A stretch of 64,000 bases of DNA from Chrysomallon squamiferum (Eukaryota; Animalia; Mollusca). The first letter of the stretch is position 1. Each line of letters opens with the position of its first letter. The DNA lies in contig CM022676.1 in the NCBI GenBank assembly GCA_012295275.1, positions 4,712,001-4,776,000 of the forward strand. The letters run 5' to 3'. Position numbers and translations under genes: made by a program. The notes beneath the pieces are model-generated. The model was given only the letters and a program-made list of their open reading frames with translations. It was not told the DNA's origin and searched no databases. Below are positions 1 to 16,023 of the stretch, piece by piece.

Positions 1-1670
1 TTGTCAAGGTCCGTTCTCGAATTAGATTTATGGACACCGTGTATGGTTTAGTGATTAATCTGAATTTTTCTGTTAACGATATGAACATTTTTAGATATTT
101 GTCAAGTTCCATGTGCAAATACTCAGTTCAGAAAACAAAATTTTTACTATGTCCATTCATCTGTTGGAGCATTCAATTCATAAAAATAAATTGTACTATG
201 GCCGTCGATCTTTTTGAGATATTTATTTTAGAATATTAGGGATTGTCTACGTCTGAAATAATTAATTAGCGATATCAAAATCTGCTAAAAAGATCAAGCC
301 TTTGTCAAAACTGATGTTTTATAGTTTAGGATATCAAAATCAGTTTTGGTGTAAGATAATTTGGAATATGGAATTTCATACATTAAAATTAACTGTGATC
401 TAAACCCGTTTAGAATATTCAGTTTGGAATTGGAAAAACCGACTGTCACCTAAAACCATTTTGAAAAGCACAAATCAGAATTCTAAAGTTATTCTTGACT
501 ATTTATAATGAAATAAATATACGACATAACTGACTTTCTGACATGAAAATCTGCTTTGCTTTGTATTTATATGAAAAACTGAAATCTCGGGATGACAATT
601 TCCAATTTATGATAACAGTATCTGCTGATTTCTAGCATATTCATTTGGAAATATTTGTTTTTGAAACTGAAATAACTCAAGAGTTAAGCCCATTTTGCAC
701 AATTGCCTTCGTCTGATTTGAAAATCTGGTGAATCAGTATTTTCCAACGTCATGCATTACGTCACAGACAGGGTAATTTGAATGTGATGTATTAAGAATA
801 TATATATTTTTTTTTTTTTTCTGAACCGAATAATGCAGATGGTCAAAAAATCCGGCCATGCAAAAAAAAGTAAATTATGAAATAAAATTTGTCTTGTTTT
901 ATGAAATATGTCAATGGCTACGATTATGTGTCTAGGACACGTTCTAACTGTTTCACAGAAACTGGCCGGATTTTACGCCAATAACGGACACCAACATCTT
1001 CAGAACCACTGTGCCAGACAGTTCTTTTGTTTTGGAGGGTTTTGGAGGGAGAGAGGCGCGTGGGGTATTTGTTTTTTGTGCTGTCTTTTTTTCCTATTTT
1101 GTTTGCTTTATTTTTTGTTTCTTTGTTGTTTATTTTGTATTATTATTAAACTTTTTTTTTTTTTTTTTTTTGTTCATTTTCTTAGCTTCATATATGTATC
1201 TATATATGTCTGTCTGTACATTTATATGTGTTTGTGTGTATGTTTATGTTCGTTTAGTTTAGGATAATAAAATCATATTAAGTCTGCATTTATTTCGAAT
1301 ATTGTGTCTGACTATTTTCATTCTAAAATATTCAATTTGCCCAAATATCATTTCGAATATTAAATTTAGGAAAGCATTAATCTACGTAACAACGCCAGCC
1401 GATATTTGTTTGCAGAATTAGATTTACAATAATTATTACTTTCATCAAACGAAACAGTACAAGCTGATATCCATTTGTTTCCTATGATTGCTTTTTCTTG
1501 GTTATTGTTAACACACACACACACAGACACCTAGACACACAGACACATACATACACACACACATATATATATATATACATACATATACATACATATACAC
1601 ATACATGTACATACATACACACACACATATATATATATATATATACATACATATACATATATATATATAT

Positions 1671-1733
<63 letters not shown>

Positions 1734-1789
1734 TTTCCTTCGTTATTGTTACACACATACACATATACAGAAATATAAACACATTTTAT

Positions 1790-2070
1790 TGAAATTATAT
1801 TTTGTGTTGTCAGTGATTCATGAATTAGCTTGTCTATAGTAATATAACAGAAGTATTCATGAAATAATTATTTATGTTTATAATGACAAAAGTATTCACG
1901 AATAAATATTTTGTGTTTATAATGACAAAAATATTCAGGAATTAATATTTTGTGTTGTCACTCACAAAATATTGACAGTGATTCACGAATATAACAACAG
2001 TTATAACAACAGAAGTGTTCATGAAATAATTATTTGTGTTTGTACCAACAGAAGTATTCATGAATTGACT
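1790..2070. repeat. Degenerate minisatellite of about 39 bp
   Basis: Recurrent AAGTATTCATGAAATAATTATTTGTGTTTATAATGACAA-like units. Confidence 0.6.
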
Positions 2071-2719
2071 GTTTTTGTGCTTCTTATCTCATAACGGAAC
2101 GAAATCGTGAATTTTCCCTGTTTGCACCGAATCTGTTTGTGAATTCTTTTTCTTCGCTTTCAGAGCAACAAAACGAAACAGCCATGAACTAATTACGATT
2201 CAAACGCAAACTTTATTTGTGCTGTTTCCAATAACGTCCGCGTCCCGCAAAGGCAAGTCCATTAGAGTTTGCTGATTTCTTTAGTGTTTTTAATTTGATC
2301 CAATATTTGTTCGTACTAAACGATAACTGTTTGCATAATTTATTATTCTTTATTTTTTTTATTTTATTTTTTGTACACAGAGAAGGTAAAATAGCTTGTA
2401 TTATGGAGTAAAAAAAAAAAAAAAAAAAGTTATCTTTTTTACCGTTTTTTTTCCAAGTACAGAGTCAGTATTTGTGTCCTCACTTCTTTTACTGTTCTTT
2501 CAACTACGATGAATATTTGAATGTTTATTGACGTGTGAGTGTGGGTGTGTGAGGGTGTTCGTGTGGGTGTGTGAGTGTGTGAGTGTGGGTGTGTGTGGGT
2601 GTGGGTGTGGGTGTGTGAGGGTGTGTGTGCCTCTTGGGGGTGTGGTGACAAGATTGTCTATTTTTGGATGTATTTACCGTTCGGACGTTATGACAACCTT
2701 ATGTTTGCATATGTATATT

Positions 2720-2804
<85 letters not shown>

Positions 2805-3453
2805 AATTTACGAATGTAGATGTTGTTGGGTTTTTTTTGTATGTTTGTGTGTGAATATTTATATATGTATCTATGTCTGTATGTGTATGTGTGTGTATGT
2901 GTGTTTATGTATATATGTGTGTATGTATGTATATATGTATGTATGTATGTATATATGTATGTATATATATTTCTATATATGTGATTCTGTGATGTGTGTG
3001 TACGTATGTGTCGATGTGCGTATGCATAATGTATAACTTGTAATGCCTGTAATGTATATATCTGTCTATCTGTGTGTGTGTGTGTGTGTGTTTTGTGTGT
3101 CACTCATATTCACGTATTACTTTCAAGCGTTTATAACTATATACGAATCTCATTACTTTACAGTGAAATCTGTACCATATCCTTGAAATCTTATTCGCTC
3201 GGGAATTTCCGCATAATATTCTTAATAACGAACTAATTCCGGATATTTCCGAATCACTGGTCATCAATGGATTTGTACTCTCCTGAGTATGACAGAGTGG
3301 AGAGAGTTACTGAATTTCATACAGAGTGGGCGAGTTTTCTTTTACAGAGGAAATGAGTGGGTTTCATCTTACACATAAAAAATACAGTGATGATGACAGT
3401 GAAATAGCAAGAACAACTACAACAACAACAATAATAATTATTATTATTATTAT

Positions 3454-3527
<74 letters not shown>

Positions 3528-3579
3528 ATAAATTATTATTAAAAAACTAACTATAACAACAACAGTAATAATTGTAATG

Positions 3580-3626
<47 letters not shown>

Positions 3627-4055
3627 GTAACAACAATAACAATAATAATAATCTTTTTTCTTCATTTAAATCAATAAATCAGTATTTTTATTTTTTTCAT
3701 TCATTTAAAATTTCTTTCTTCTTTTCCTTCTCCTTCTTCTTCTTCTTCTTCTTCTTCTTGATTCCGAAAATCAGTGTTTCGCTAAGCCTCTCGATCACGC
3801 GTGATTTAAAACAAATAACAACTCATTTTCGACACGGAATTCTACGTTTAGCGGTAATTAAATAAAGAACTCGAGTTTGATTCAGTCGACCTAACCCGGC
3901 TCCACAGACTCAAAACCTCTCCCCGAGGTGGGTGGCCATTGACAGTGACGTATTACTTGAACTCCATGGTGACAGCGTGACGTCATTTCTCATCCACAGT
4001 TCGCTTGATCATGTGATTTTGAACTGTAGAGCGAGCGGAATTGTCAATATTTTTT

Positions 4056-4094
<39 letters not shown>

Positions 4095-6296
4095 CACATG
4101 AAGATAATGGGAAAACTGATAAATGTTTGAGTATGTAGGAATGTTTCAGTTTATATTAATCTATGGGTTCCATCTATATCTCTATCTGTCTGTCTATCTA
4201 TCTATCTATCACTATATAAATATATATTCTGTTTTCTGTCGTTTCTATCGTTCCATCTATCTCACTGTTTATGTATATCAAGTTTTCTTTCTTTCTCTCT
4301 ATATCTGTCTCTCCCTCTCAACCCCTCTCTCTCCCTCTCGCTCCCTCTCTCTCTCTATATATCTCATTTTCTCCTCTCTCTCTCTCTCTGTAACTCATTT
4401 TCTCCTCTCTCTCTCATTCTCTCTCTCTCTCTCTTTCTTTTCTCTTTCTCTCTCTCTCTCGCTCGTCTCATTATTACTACTGGAAAACTTTATTATTAGC
4501 AAAGATCAGGAGCCACTAAAAACACAACGAGCAGAAAAGCGTTTGTGCTTTACGTGTTCGCTTAATCTTTGACTTCAAAGTCAAGAAAATCTTTATTGTC
4601 AGTTGTCGGCTTCACGCCTTCCTGTAATGCTTTCAATAAAATAAAAAGGTAAAAAAAAATTACGTCATCTATGACGTAATACAGTTCATAAAAACAAAAG
4701 AAAAACACAGAATAGCAAAAAAAGTCAAAGAAAGTTAAAATTACTTCTTTTTTTTTATATATATATTTTTTTTAAATTTATTTTCGCACTGATAAAGAAA
4801 TAGCAAAATGACTGCAAAAAGGAAAGTTAATTACTTTCGGTTCTGTTTGAAAACATTCTTGTGTGATAGTTTTATGCGTTTATTTTGTAATATTTTGTTA
4901 TTGTTGTTGTTTACATATTTTACATATTTTAATTTCTATATTATATATATAGATATAAATATATATTATTTATTTATTCATTCATTCATTTAATTACTTT
5001 TATTTAATTTATTTTTATCTATATTTTTTTTTTTTTTTTTTTCATTTTATTAGTAGTAGTAGTATCTTCTTGTTTATTGTGTGTTTTTTTTTGTTGCTTG
5101 TTTTTTGTGTTGTTTTTTTGTTGTTGTTTATTTATTTTTAGTTTTAGTTTTCCATTTATTATTATTTTTTGTTTTTTGTTGCTGTTTTTTTGTTTGTTAT
5201 TTGTTTGTTTGTTGTTGTTGTTTACAGGCTGTGTTTAGTTCCTGTTGTTTTGTTATAGTGATCATTTCTTGTCTGTGTTTGTTTATTTGTTTATCTCACT
5301 GATCTTTGGTTTCGACTGGTTGATAAGTTAATTAGCTGATTCTTTCTTAATTAGGCCGCTTTTCTTTTCTTTCTTTGCTTCTTTGTTTCCTTATATTTCA
5401 CTCTTTCCTCCTAACCATTTTTTTTCGAGAAGAAATTGTAAATTATACTCATCACTGTCAAGAATCTCAAAAGGTTTACTGTGTTAGTACGTTAGACTGA
5501 TCATAAAATAACCGTGTACAATTTCCACAATACCCAAACACATTATAAATAATATAAATTTCGTTTTCATCGGGTATTCAATCCTACCACCATTCGTTTT
5601 TTTTGTCAGGTAAACCACAAAATCTAGAGACTGACAACAAAAAAAAAAGGATTTTCCAGTCTAAAATTTTACTTCATTTTTATTTTATTATTTTTTTTGT
5701 TCCATTTTTTTTTTTTTCTTCTTCTTTTTTTCTTTTTAATTTTATTTCTGTCCGGCGTGACAGCAACTTACGTTCAAAAACATTCAACTTACGACAGTCG
5801 TAAACTTCAGCTAAATTGGCCAAGTTTGCCAAAAAATATAAAAGCCGAACAGATGACGACGACGGCGGCAATAACAACAACAACAACAACGACGACGACA
5901 ACGCGTTACAAAAATTTGGCCAACTTCGAGGATAAACCTCTGCAGAATCGTTGGGGAGAAAGGCAATTTCCACAGATTAAGCAAAACTAATTAATACCAT
6001 TGTCTAGTCATCTTTCCTCGAAGAAGGTTAATTGCACAATTAGCCCCTTGGTTCTGAGACGGTGCTGCCATTATTATGGCAAGCGATTTGGAACAGCACG
6101 GCTATCTCGGCAAAAATTTCTCTGTCGCCATAGTTACGCTGCCATCTTGAAGCCAATAACGTTGTATGAAAATAACAAGCGACTCCGGGCAAAAGAATAA
6201 ACGCGTAATGACAGAGCGGCCTGCTTTAAATCTGTCCCAGATTCACCCAGCCTCGTGTGTCTTGTTATACACCTCTCTCTCTCTTCTCTCTGTCTC

Positions 6297-6389
<93 letters not shown>

Positions 6390-7078
6390 TCCCCTCCCTC
6401 ATTCATTTATCTTATTATATTATGTATTTCTCTCTGGTTATGTCTTTCGATTTCTCTATAGATATATCTATATATATATATATTCCTTCTTTCTCTCTCT
6501 GTAGTTCCCTTTCTTTCTCTGATTCACTTTCCCTTTTTCTTTCTCTTTCTATCAGTATATTTTTGTCTTCCTCTCTTCCCCTCTATTTCTGTCTCTCGTT
6601 CGTTCGATCTACCTTCTTCTGTTTCTCCACTTTTCTCTATATACATTTATATTCTTCTCTGCCATGTTCATATTTATAAACACGCCTAGCTCTCTCTCTT
6701 CCATTCTATATAATATTCTCTATTCCTTTTTTTTATATTCTTTTTTAATTCTTTTTTCCTTTTTTTTAATTCTTCTTGAATAACATGTACAACAAACGCA
6801 GCGAAAACAACAATGACAGTATTATTAATAGCAATAATAATTATGACGATAGTGACAACGACGACGATGATGATGATAATGACAACAACAACAATTAAAA
6901 CAATAATGATTAATGTAATGATGAATTTACGTAGTATAGTTTGCTGTTGTGTTAATATAAACATATACATATCTACATGCTATATATATATAGATAGATA
7001 GATAGATAGATAGAGATAGATAGATGTGTGTATATATGAATATATATATATATATATATATACCCAGACACACACACA

Positions 7079-7119
<41 letters not shown>

Positions 7120-8119
7120 TCTCTCTCTCTCTCTCTCCATCTCTCTCTCTCTCTCATTAGCCGATTTCTATCAGTAAATATCGTGTATCTATCAGGTTGC
7201 TGCTGTTAATGGAAGTACTCGTGTATATCTGTAGACAGCTGGACACGTAAACACAGCTCACGTAGAACAGTCTGCTAATTTAGCGACGCAGAACCAAACG
7301 TTGCCCTGTCAGATAACACAGAACAATGTGTGTTTACTTGTACCTGGCTAAAACCAAGTAAACAAAGCAAACACGCTCCCGGTATTCGTGCTGAGAAACG
7401 CGCACGTAAATGTACGTGTATCTCTGGACGTACGTACACATGTTCAGACATACAAACACACACAGATACGTATAGATAGACAGATAGACAGACAGATAGA
7501 TAGATGTATCTAAATAAATAAAAATACACACACACACACACACATATATATACACATATATATGAGGTATATAGATGTGTGTGTATGTGTATGTATGTAT
7601 GTATATGTATGTATGTATATATATATATATATAGATATATAGATAGATAGATGTATGTTTACATATATGTGTGTGCATATATTACACACGTACATACATC
7701 TTTACACACATACATATATAGTCTAGATGGCTAGAGATCAAAAGATAATTAGATATATCAGACATACATACACAAATACATACATATATATATACATATA
7801 CACAAACATACACACAATCAAATACATACGTCTGACAACTGCACATAACAGATTTGCTTGGCACGCATTAACAAAAGCCTTCCCATTTCATTACGTCATT
7901 TCCTGAACCAATGACGTATATATATATATACATATATACTCATAATCATAATCTTCATCTTCCCACACTGGTCAAGGTTTCGTCACAACAAACATTTAAG
8001 AATTAAAAAGAAAAAGAAAAAAAAAAAAGTCAAGTGCTGACGATGAACAACACCTCTGATTCTAAGACGCTGTACCCACGCGATTGACACATCGTCCGCC
8101 ATATTTTATTCATCATTTC

Positions 8120-8345
8120 ACGCACGTGTTTGTTTTTCCCGAAAGCCGTGCGCTTTCTTGACGTCACGCCAATCTGACCGGGCACGCGGGAAGCGGGCGT
8201 CGCGTGACGGAGGGGAGGGGGGGGCATCGACCGGGTTCACGTGGCGGCGAGTAACTTGTGTCAGCTATTCTCTTAATTACAGCGTTCGCGCGTGCGTATC
8301 ACTGCGATAAAAACAGACGTGTTAATAACGGTGAGAACCGGTGCA
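8120..8345. promoter_or_regulatory. CpG/GC-rich promoter- or enhancer-like island
   Basis: CACGTG (8123, 8238), TGACGTCA (8159), CCAAT (8169) and a G-rich Sp/KLF-like tract (8208-8226) within about 130 nt. Confidence 0.45.
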
Positions 8346-8880
8346 TCTGTGAATACGTTTTTTTTTTTTTTTTTACTTTTATTTATCTTTGTTTTCTTAA
8401 TTTTCCGGGTTTTTTTTTTTGTTTTGTTTGTTTGTTTGTTTGTTTTCTCTTATTCTTCTTCTTGTTCTCTTTCTTTTTTGTTCTGGTTGTTCTTTTGTTT
8501 TTCTTAGCCTTTTCGTCTTCTTTTTTCATTTTTTTTGTTTTCTTTCGTTCAAAGGTTGACTATGCAGTCTAAATATATACATACAGAGACATGCATAAAA
8601 CATACATTCATTCATACGTACATACGTAAGTACGTACATACACACACACACACATACACACTGTACTAGATACTCCAGACAGAGGCAATACCCGAGAAAA
8701 ATCGTCCACACGTCTGTCTGTCTGTGTGTCTGTCCATTCCATTACCCGACAAACGTTTACCTATTCACACAACCATTTGCTTGTCCGTTTGAACATTGTT
8801 TCTGTTTCATTTCGTGTTTTGGTAATTAGTTGTCTAATGGACTGCCTCTTTGCCAGTCGACGAAAGCACACTAACAATAA

Positions 8881-8897
8881 TAGCGCCCCCTGGCAGG
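8881..8897 (-). promoter_or_regulatory. Candidate CTCF site
   Basis: Minus strand reads CCTGCCAGGGGGCGCTA, a close match to the CTCF core CC.C.AG.GGGCGC. Confidence 0.5.
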
Positions 8898-10084
8898 GCC
8901 ACTAACCCAACAATGGCGTCCAATTAACTCACTTGAAATCTTTATCAGCGCCTAATGACGTGCGCTAACTAGTGAAATCTTGCGCGTGCTAAAAATTCTG
9001 GCGGCATTTTTAAAGCTAATTTCGGACCGAAGCTCGCGAACAGTTGTCGTGAAATAGAATCCGCCAGTGTTGAATAAATCTTTGTTACTTCCCTTTGGGC
9101 TGAGCTCTCTTAAGTTCCTTAAGAGACGTATTTGTCGAATTTCCAAAAGGTACTCTCCATTGAAATGAGCATCAGTTTTCTTTCGCCCGAGGTCGTCTTC
9201 GTTCGTTTTCGGGTTTTGTCCCGGAATAACCCGAGCTTTCTTCGGTAATTGAGCAAACTGGTGCCCCGCGTATGTTTGAATCGAACAAAAACTATATCAT
9301 CGCCGATAAATATTTTGTACGCCATACGTACCGAGTTCGAATCCCGAAGCAAGAATTTTACTTTAGCAGTTTATTATTGCAACTATCTCGATAGAAGCGT
9401 ATACTTGGAAACGACACGAAAACAAAATGAAGAATGTTAGGAATGGCGGTAGGAGTATATCGGGGAAATACTTTATTTTATTATGCAGCAACGACAGGAC
9501 AGATGTCGTGACCTTAGAGTCAGCAACAAAACAGCGGGAACGGCGTAGACAAAAAAAAAAAAAAAAAAAAATGTTAAGACTCGCTGAATGAGTATCATCG
9601 ATAAGTTGTATTTCTACGTAAACGTCATGGTCAGTGTATACGACGTCGTACGCACAGCAACAGTACCAAACCGTCAGCGTAGTTAAAGTGATATATTGCC
9701 GTCGTAAACGTCGAGGCCGTGGAGTTGAGAACAGCTTCAACGTAGTTAAGATAACACAGGAACATCGCGAACCTCGCTGACTGTGGAGTTAGAAAGATGC
9801 AGACGATTGGCAGCAGATTTATTTATAGTAACAAATCGGATTAATAAATGTCAAGGTCACAACGTAAACGAATAAAAAGAAAAAAGGAAAGAAAGTGGGG
9901 TAAAAAAAAAAAAAAAAAAAGTAAAAAGAAATAAGAAAGAATTGTTCAGAATAATGGAATGTTTATTGATGCGACGTTGTCGTAGAGCCATAGATTCACC
10001 ACCGTAGATGTCGTTCTCTTAGAGCTGGCAAGGAATTAATGACATACTTAAAAAAGTTAGGGTTAGACGTGCTGGGTGTACAAA

Positions 10085-10420
10085 CAACTCGGAATAACTG
10101 AATGCTTAACAACACGATGTAGTTGCAGAATCACAACGTCACCGCTGACGCTGTAGAAAGTGTTAGGGATGGCTGAATGCTTAACAACACGATGTTGTTG
10201 CAGAATCGCAACGTCACCGCAGGCGTTGCCCGAACTGCTCGGAATGCTCTGAATATTTAACGACGTAGTTACACTAACGCGACGTCATCACAGCCGAAAT
10301 CGCTGAATGCTTAATAAGAAGTCGTAGTGACAGAGTCACCACTTCTCCATTAACTGAATTTTTAACATGTTGACGTAGTTGCCTTAACACATCAGCAACA
10401 CAGACGTCGTGGCCGAAGTC
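10085..10420. repeat. Degenerate tandem repeat, 50-76 bp units
   Basis: CTGAATGCTTAACAACACGATGT-like anchors at about 10098, 10173, 10249, 10303 and 10354. Confidence 0.65.
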
Positions 10421-11903
10421 ATCATTCATGGGGAACCGCTGGGATTTATTAAACAGCTTTTGACACGTAAGACAATGTGCGCTTCTCGAATCTGTATTCG
10501 ACTTTCATAAACGTAAGCCATTATTTATCGTACGGGAGCGAAATCTCGCGAGATTTGGTGTCAGATGCCGAGAAGTCCCAGAAGAGATAAAAATGGTTAA
10601 TTCAGAAGCTGTTTGCGTCCAGTTTGAAGGATTTTAGCCCAAGTTTACCGAGTTCTCGAAATGATGAGATGTTGTGTTGTTGTTGTTTTTTTTTTTGTTA
10701 GTGTTGTTGTTGTTGTTTTCTGACTCTTTTTGAACTCAACAAATTCGAATTTCAAAAAAAGATAAGCGAATAAGGAAAAAGAAACGAAAAAAAAAAAATG
10801 TAGAAATTTAAAAACAGAACATCGAAAATCAAAATCAAAATCAAAATCAAAACTAAAAATAAACTTACATACATACATACATTCATACATACATACATAC
10901 ATACATACATACATACATACATACATACATACATACATACATACATACATACATTCATACATAATATGATACATACATGTTGTGTTACATTTTTTTTACA
11001 TACATACATGTTGTTACATACATACATACATACATACATACATTTTGAACATACATACATACATTCATATAATTATACATAAATACATACGAAATTTAAA
11101 ACATACAGATACACATCATACATTTAATTCATACATAATACATAATACATAATACATAAATACATAATACATACATAAAACATAAAATACATACATACAT
11201 ACATACATACATACATACATACATACATACATACATAAAAGGTTGTCTTGATGGCCAAACGGTAACATCGTCCGCCTTCGGAGTGCGGGCGAATGGGTGT
11301 CATACGTTCGAGTCTCGTCAGCGGCATCTGACGAATTTGTGAGGTCGTGATTGGACTTTGTCCTCCTGCGCCAGTGCGTTCCCGAATATTGTCTGTGTGC
11401 AGAGTCTAATCAGACGTACATAAGACAGAGAATATTCATAATCCTAATCTACCTACATACATAGATAAATACATATATAGATATACACACAAACACACAC
11501 ACACACATACTCACACTCGTATACATAGACACATAAACACCACACACACATGCACATACAAGCGCGCGAGCATGCAGTATTCTCTATACACAAACTAAGC
11601 CAAATTATATTAACCAGTATGAAAAGGTCGCATAAATCCCCAGACACGAAATCAAGTGACTCCATTGTATTTATATTCATCATCTGCTGAAGTTTAATTA
11701 ACAGGAATTTTAACTTATATTGAACTCACCTACATCAACACAGATAATATTATTTTCATTAAAACTGCTGACAGTGAGAAGAGAAATGAAATGATTTCTT
11801 CTGGCGATAATTAAAAGTTTAATTTAATTGAAAGCTGAAATAGGCGAAACTGATATGAAAAATGTCGCCAGACTTTAGGCTTATGTGTTGATATTAATTT
11901 TTT

Positions 11904-11937
<34 letters not shown>

Positions 11938-12353
11938 TTGTTGTTGTTGTTGCTGTCGTTTTTTATGCTTTTTGTTTGTTTCTGGGTTGTTATTTTCTTT
12001 CATTATTTTTATTGTTATTTTTTTTTAAATTTAAATTTATTCTGTTTTGTTTTTATTTGTTTGCTTTTATTTTTTTTATTTATTCAGTTTTTTTGTTTTA
12101 TTTATTTATTTATTTTTATTTTTTATGGTTGTTGTGTTGTTGATGTTGACAGAGAGAGAGAGAGCAAGAAAAAGACACTGAGATAGAAAGAAAGAAAGAA
12201 AGAAAGAGAAATTGAGAGACTGTCAAAAAGACAGTCTTGGAGATAGATTACAATTTCATCGAATTTTATAGAAACCTTTTAATTATAATCACTTCATTTT
12301 TATAATTTAATCATTCCTGTTACGTCAGTGGCAGTTTTATAATCATACTTTCA

Positions 12354-12547
12354 TTTAGCGGAAAAGGATCTTGTATATATGTGTGCCTCCTTGTAAACAG
12401 GAAAAAAGAAACCTTTCTCATACATTCTTTTAGCGGCAAAGAATCTTGTATATGTACCTTCTACTAAACAGGAAAAAACAAACCTTTATCATACCTTCGT
12501 TTAGCGGCAAAGGATCGAATATACGTGCCTTCTAGTAAACAGAAAAA
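12354..12547. repeat. Three tandem copies of a 70-76 bp unit
   Basis: TTTAGCGG.AAAG.ATC...TAAACAG.AAAAA repeated at about 12354, 12430 and 12500. Confidence 0.7.
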
Positions 12548-12609
12548 CTCATCTTTGTTAGAGGGATTTTTCAGAACCTAAAAACAGCTCTATATAAAAT
12601 TACCTCTAC

Positions 12610-12669
12610 GGAGCTTCGAACCTGCTTCCATCCACATCCCACACGAGCGATTTTAACAATTCAAGCTAC
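12610..12669 (-). mobile_element. tRNA-derived SINE head fragment
   Basis: Minus strand GTAGCTTGAATTGTTAAAATCGCTCGTGTGGGATGTGGATGGAAGCAGGTTCGAA, with a B-box and similarity to 48569-48663. Confidence 0.45.
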
Positions 12670-13196
12670 AAAACCAAAAAAAAAAAAAATATATCAATAA
12701 CCTTACATTTGTAGGAAAACAAAGCTGCATATTAATCGAACAATTTTTTTTTTTTTTTTTTTTTTAATCATTTTTTTTTTTTTATCATTTTTTTTTTTTC
12801 TTCTTCTCTTTCTTTCTTCTTCTTTAATCTAGAAATTAACTCAGTAATTAGCTTTAAGCGAAAAACGAGACGGCGGCAATTAGCGTATAGGAAAACCTGA
12901 AACTGAGATAATTACCTACGACGTCGACCACGTACACAACTCCCAAACCAGCATCGGTATCGGGTTTTGAACAGGCAGATAGATGCCTTTACATGCAACC
13001 ACTCTCAGTTTTGAAAAAAGAGTAAAGAATCGAACGACGGGATTAAAAGTCGCCGCTGTTTTGATGTATGTGACGTTGTCGCTGCAGTTGTTGGTCGGAG
13101 TTAAGGCGACACTGGAGACTTGTAATGTGATAGTGTTGTTTGCTTATTTTGCCTTAGTGATTTATCGGTTTTCAGCTGTGACTAATTGAATATTTA

Positions 13197-14640
<1,444 letters not shown>

Positions 14641-15077
14641 GAGTGTGAGCCTTTCCAGATTTTATAAAAACTCTAGTACTAAACAAGAAGGTGATTACTC
14701 TCGAAACAAAACTGTTACGACATCTCAAGCCTCGCCTCGACTCGCAAATCTCGGAACACAATCGAATTACTCGGTGATATTTCCCAAACACACGACGCAG
14801 AATATGCAAGAGGAAAACCTCTGCTTATTTTCCAGTGCAGAACACGCCTTTCTCGACAGCATATTGCGTTGGTTAGTTACAGAACACGGTAGCGTAATAC
14901 GCGACACGTCGGTGGTTCGATTCATGGTGAGAGCAATTTTTTTTATTTTTTTTTCTTGCTATTTATGTATTTAATGATAGGTTAAGTGTGTTATCCTTTC
15001 ATCTTTATTTTTTTTTTTAATTTTTAGGTGGGGATGGGGTGTATATGTACCTATATCTGTATACGTATGTGTATCTC

Positions 15078-15123
<46 letters not shown>

Positions 15124-15375
15124 CGTGTATATATATTTTAGGATATATATAAAATCTATGTTGGAAGATATGTGATCGATAAATAATCATTGACAGACGG
15201 AAAGACGGATGGTCAAACACAGAGAGATAGATGGATGGATAGATGGAAGTTTTATCTTAATTTAGTAAAATGTCAAATTACTGATTCTTATATGAAAAAA
15301 AAAATCATATCATTAACGAGGTAATTTACACTCTTCTCTTTCTTACTGATATATTTTTATTTTTATTCTTCGTTT

Positions 15376-15426
<51 letters not shown>

Positions 15427-15992
15427 TTCAGTTCAGTTAAGTTCATTTTGTTTCACCACAAAATCCGTAAAAAGACTATCATTTACAATAACGAACCGAA
15501 ATGTGTACCAAATAACTTTTTCTCACTCTTATTTTTTTTTCCATTCATTTATTTTTTTTTGTTATTTTTTTTTTTTTTTTTTTCTCATGCACCAACAGTT
15601 CAGCTACATGCGGGAGCTGGCTAACTGGTTCCCTTCTTTTATTGCGCTTTAATGAAGAAAGATTGACTGGTTAAAATTCAACGGCTGCTGTAATGAGATT
15701 GGCGGAGCACGCGGAAAGAACCAGTGCTACGTCTGCCTCGCTGAAGGAACGCGGGAAATTGTCAGCGTTTGTTCGCAGTGGAAATGAAAACCAGTCTTCC
15801 GGAATTTCAGACAAGGACGATTAACGCTGCCCTGCACTCGTTTTCAGCCGAACTTCATTAGTTTGTGATTAGTGCGCTGTGCTAACCAGAAAAATAGATC
15901 AGTTTGACAATAAAGTCAACAGCCAATTTGAACAGCCAGTTACGTTTTATTTTATTTTTATTTTTTTTTTTTTTCACTTTTTATATTAATTT

Positions 15993-16023
<31 letters not shown>

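Noticed and set aside
14860-14935. Possible tRNA gene (GGTTCGATTC B-box); similar case near 16700-16770
   Set aside because: No cloverleaf or acceptor stem can be formed; more consistent with decayed SINE heads.
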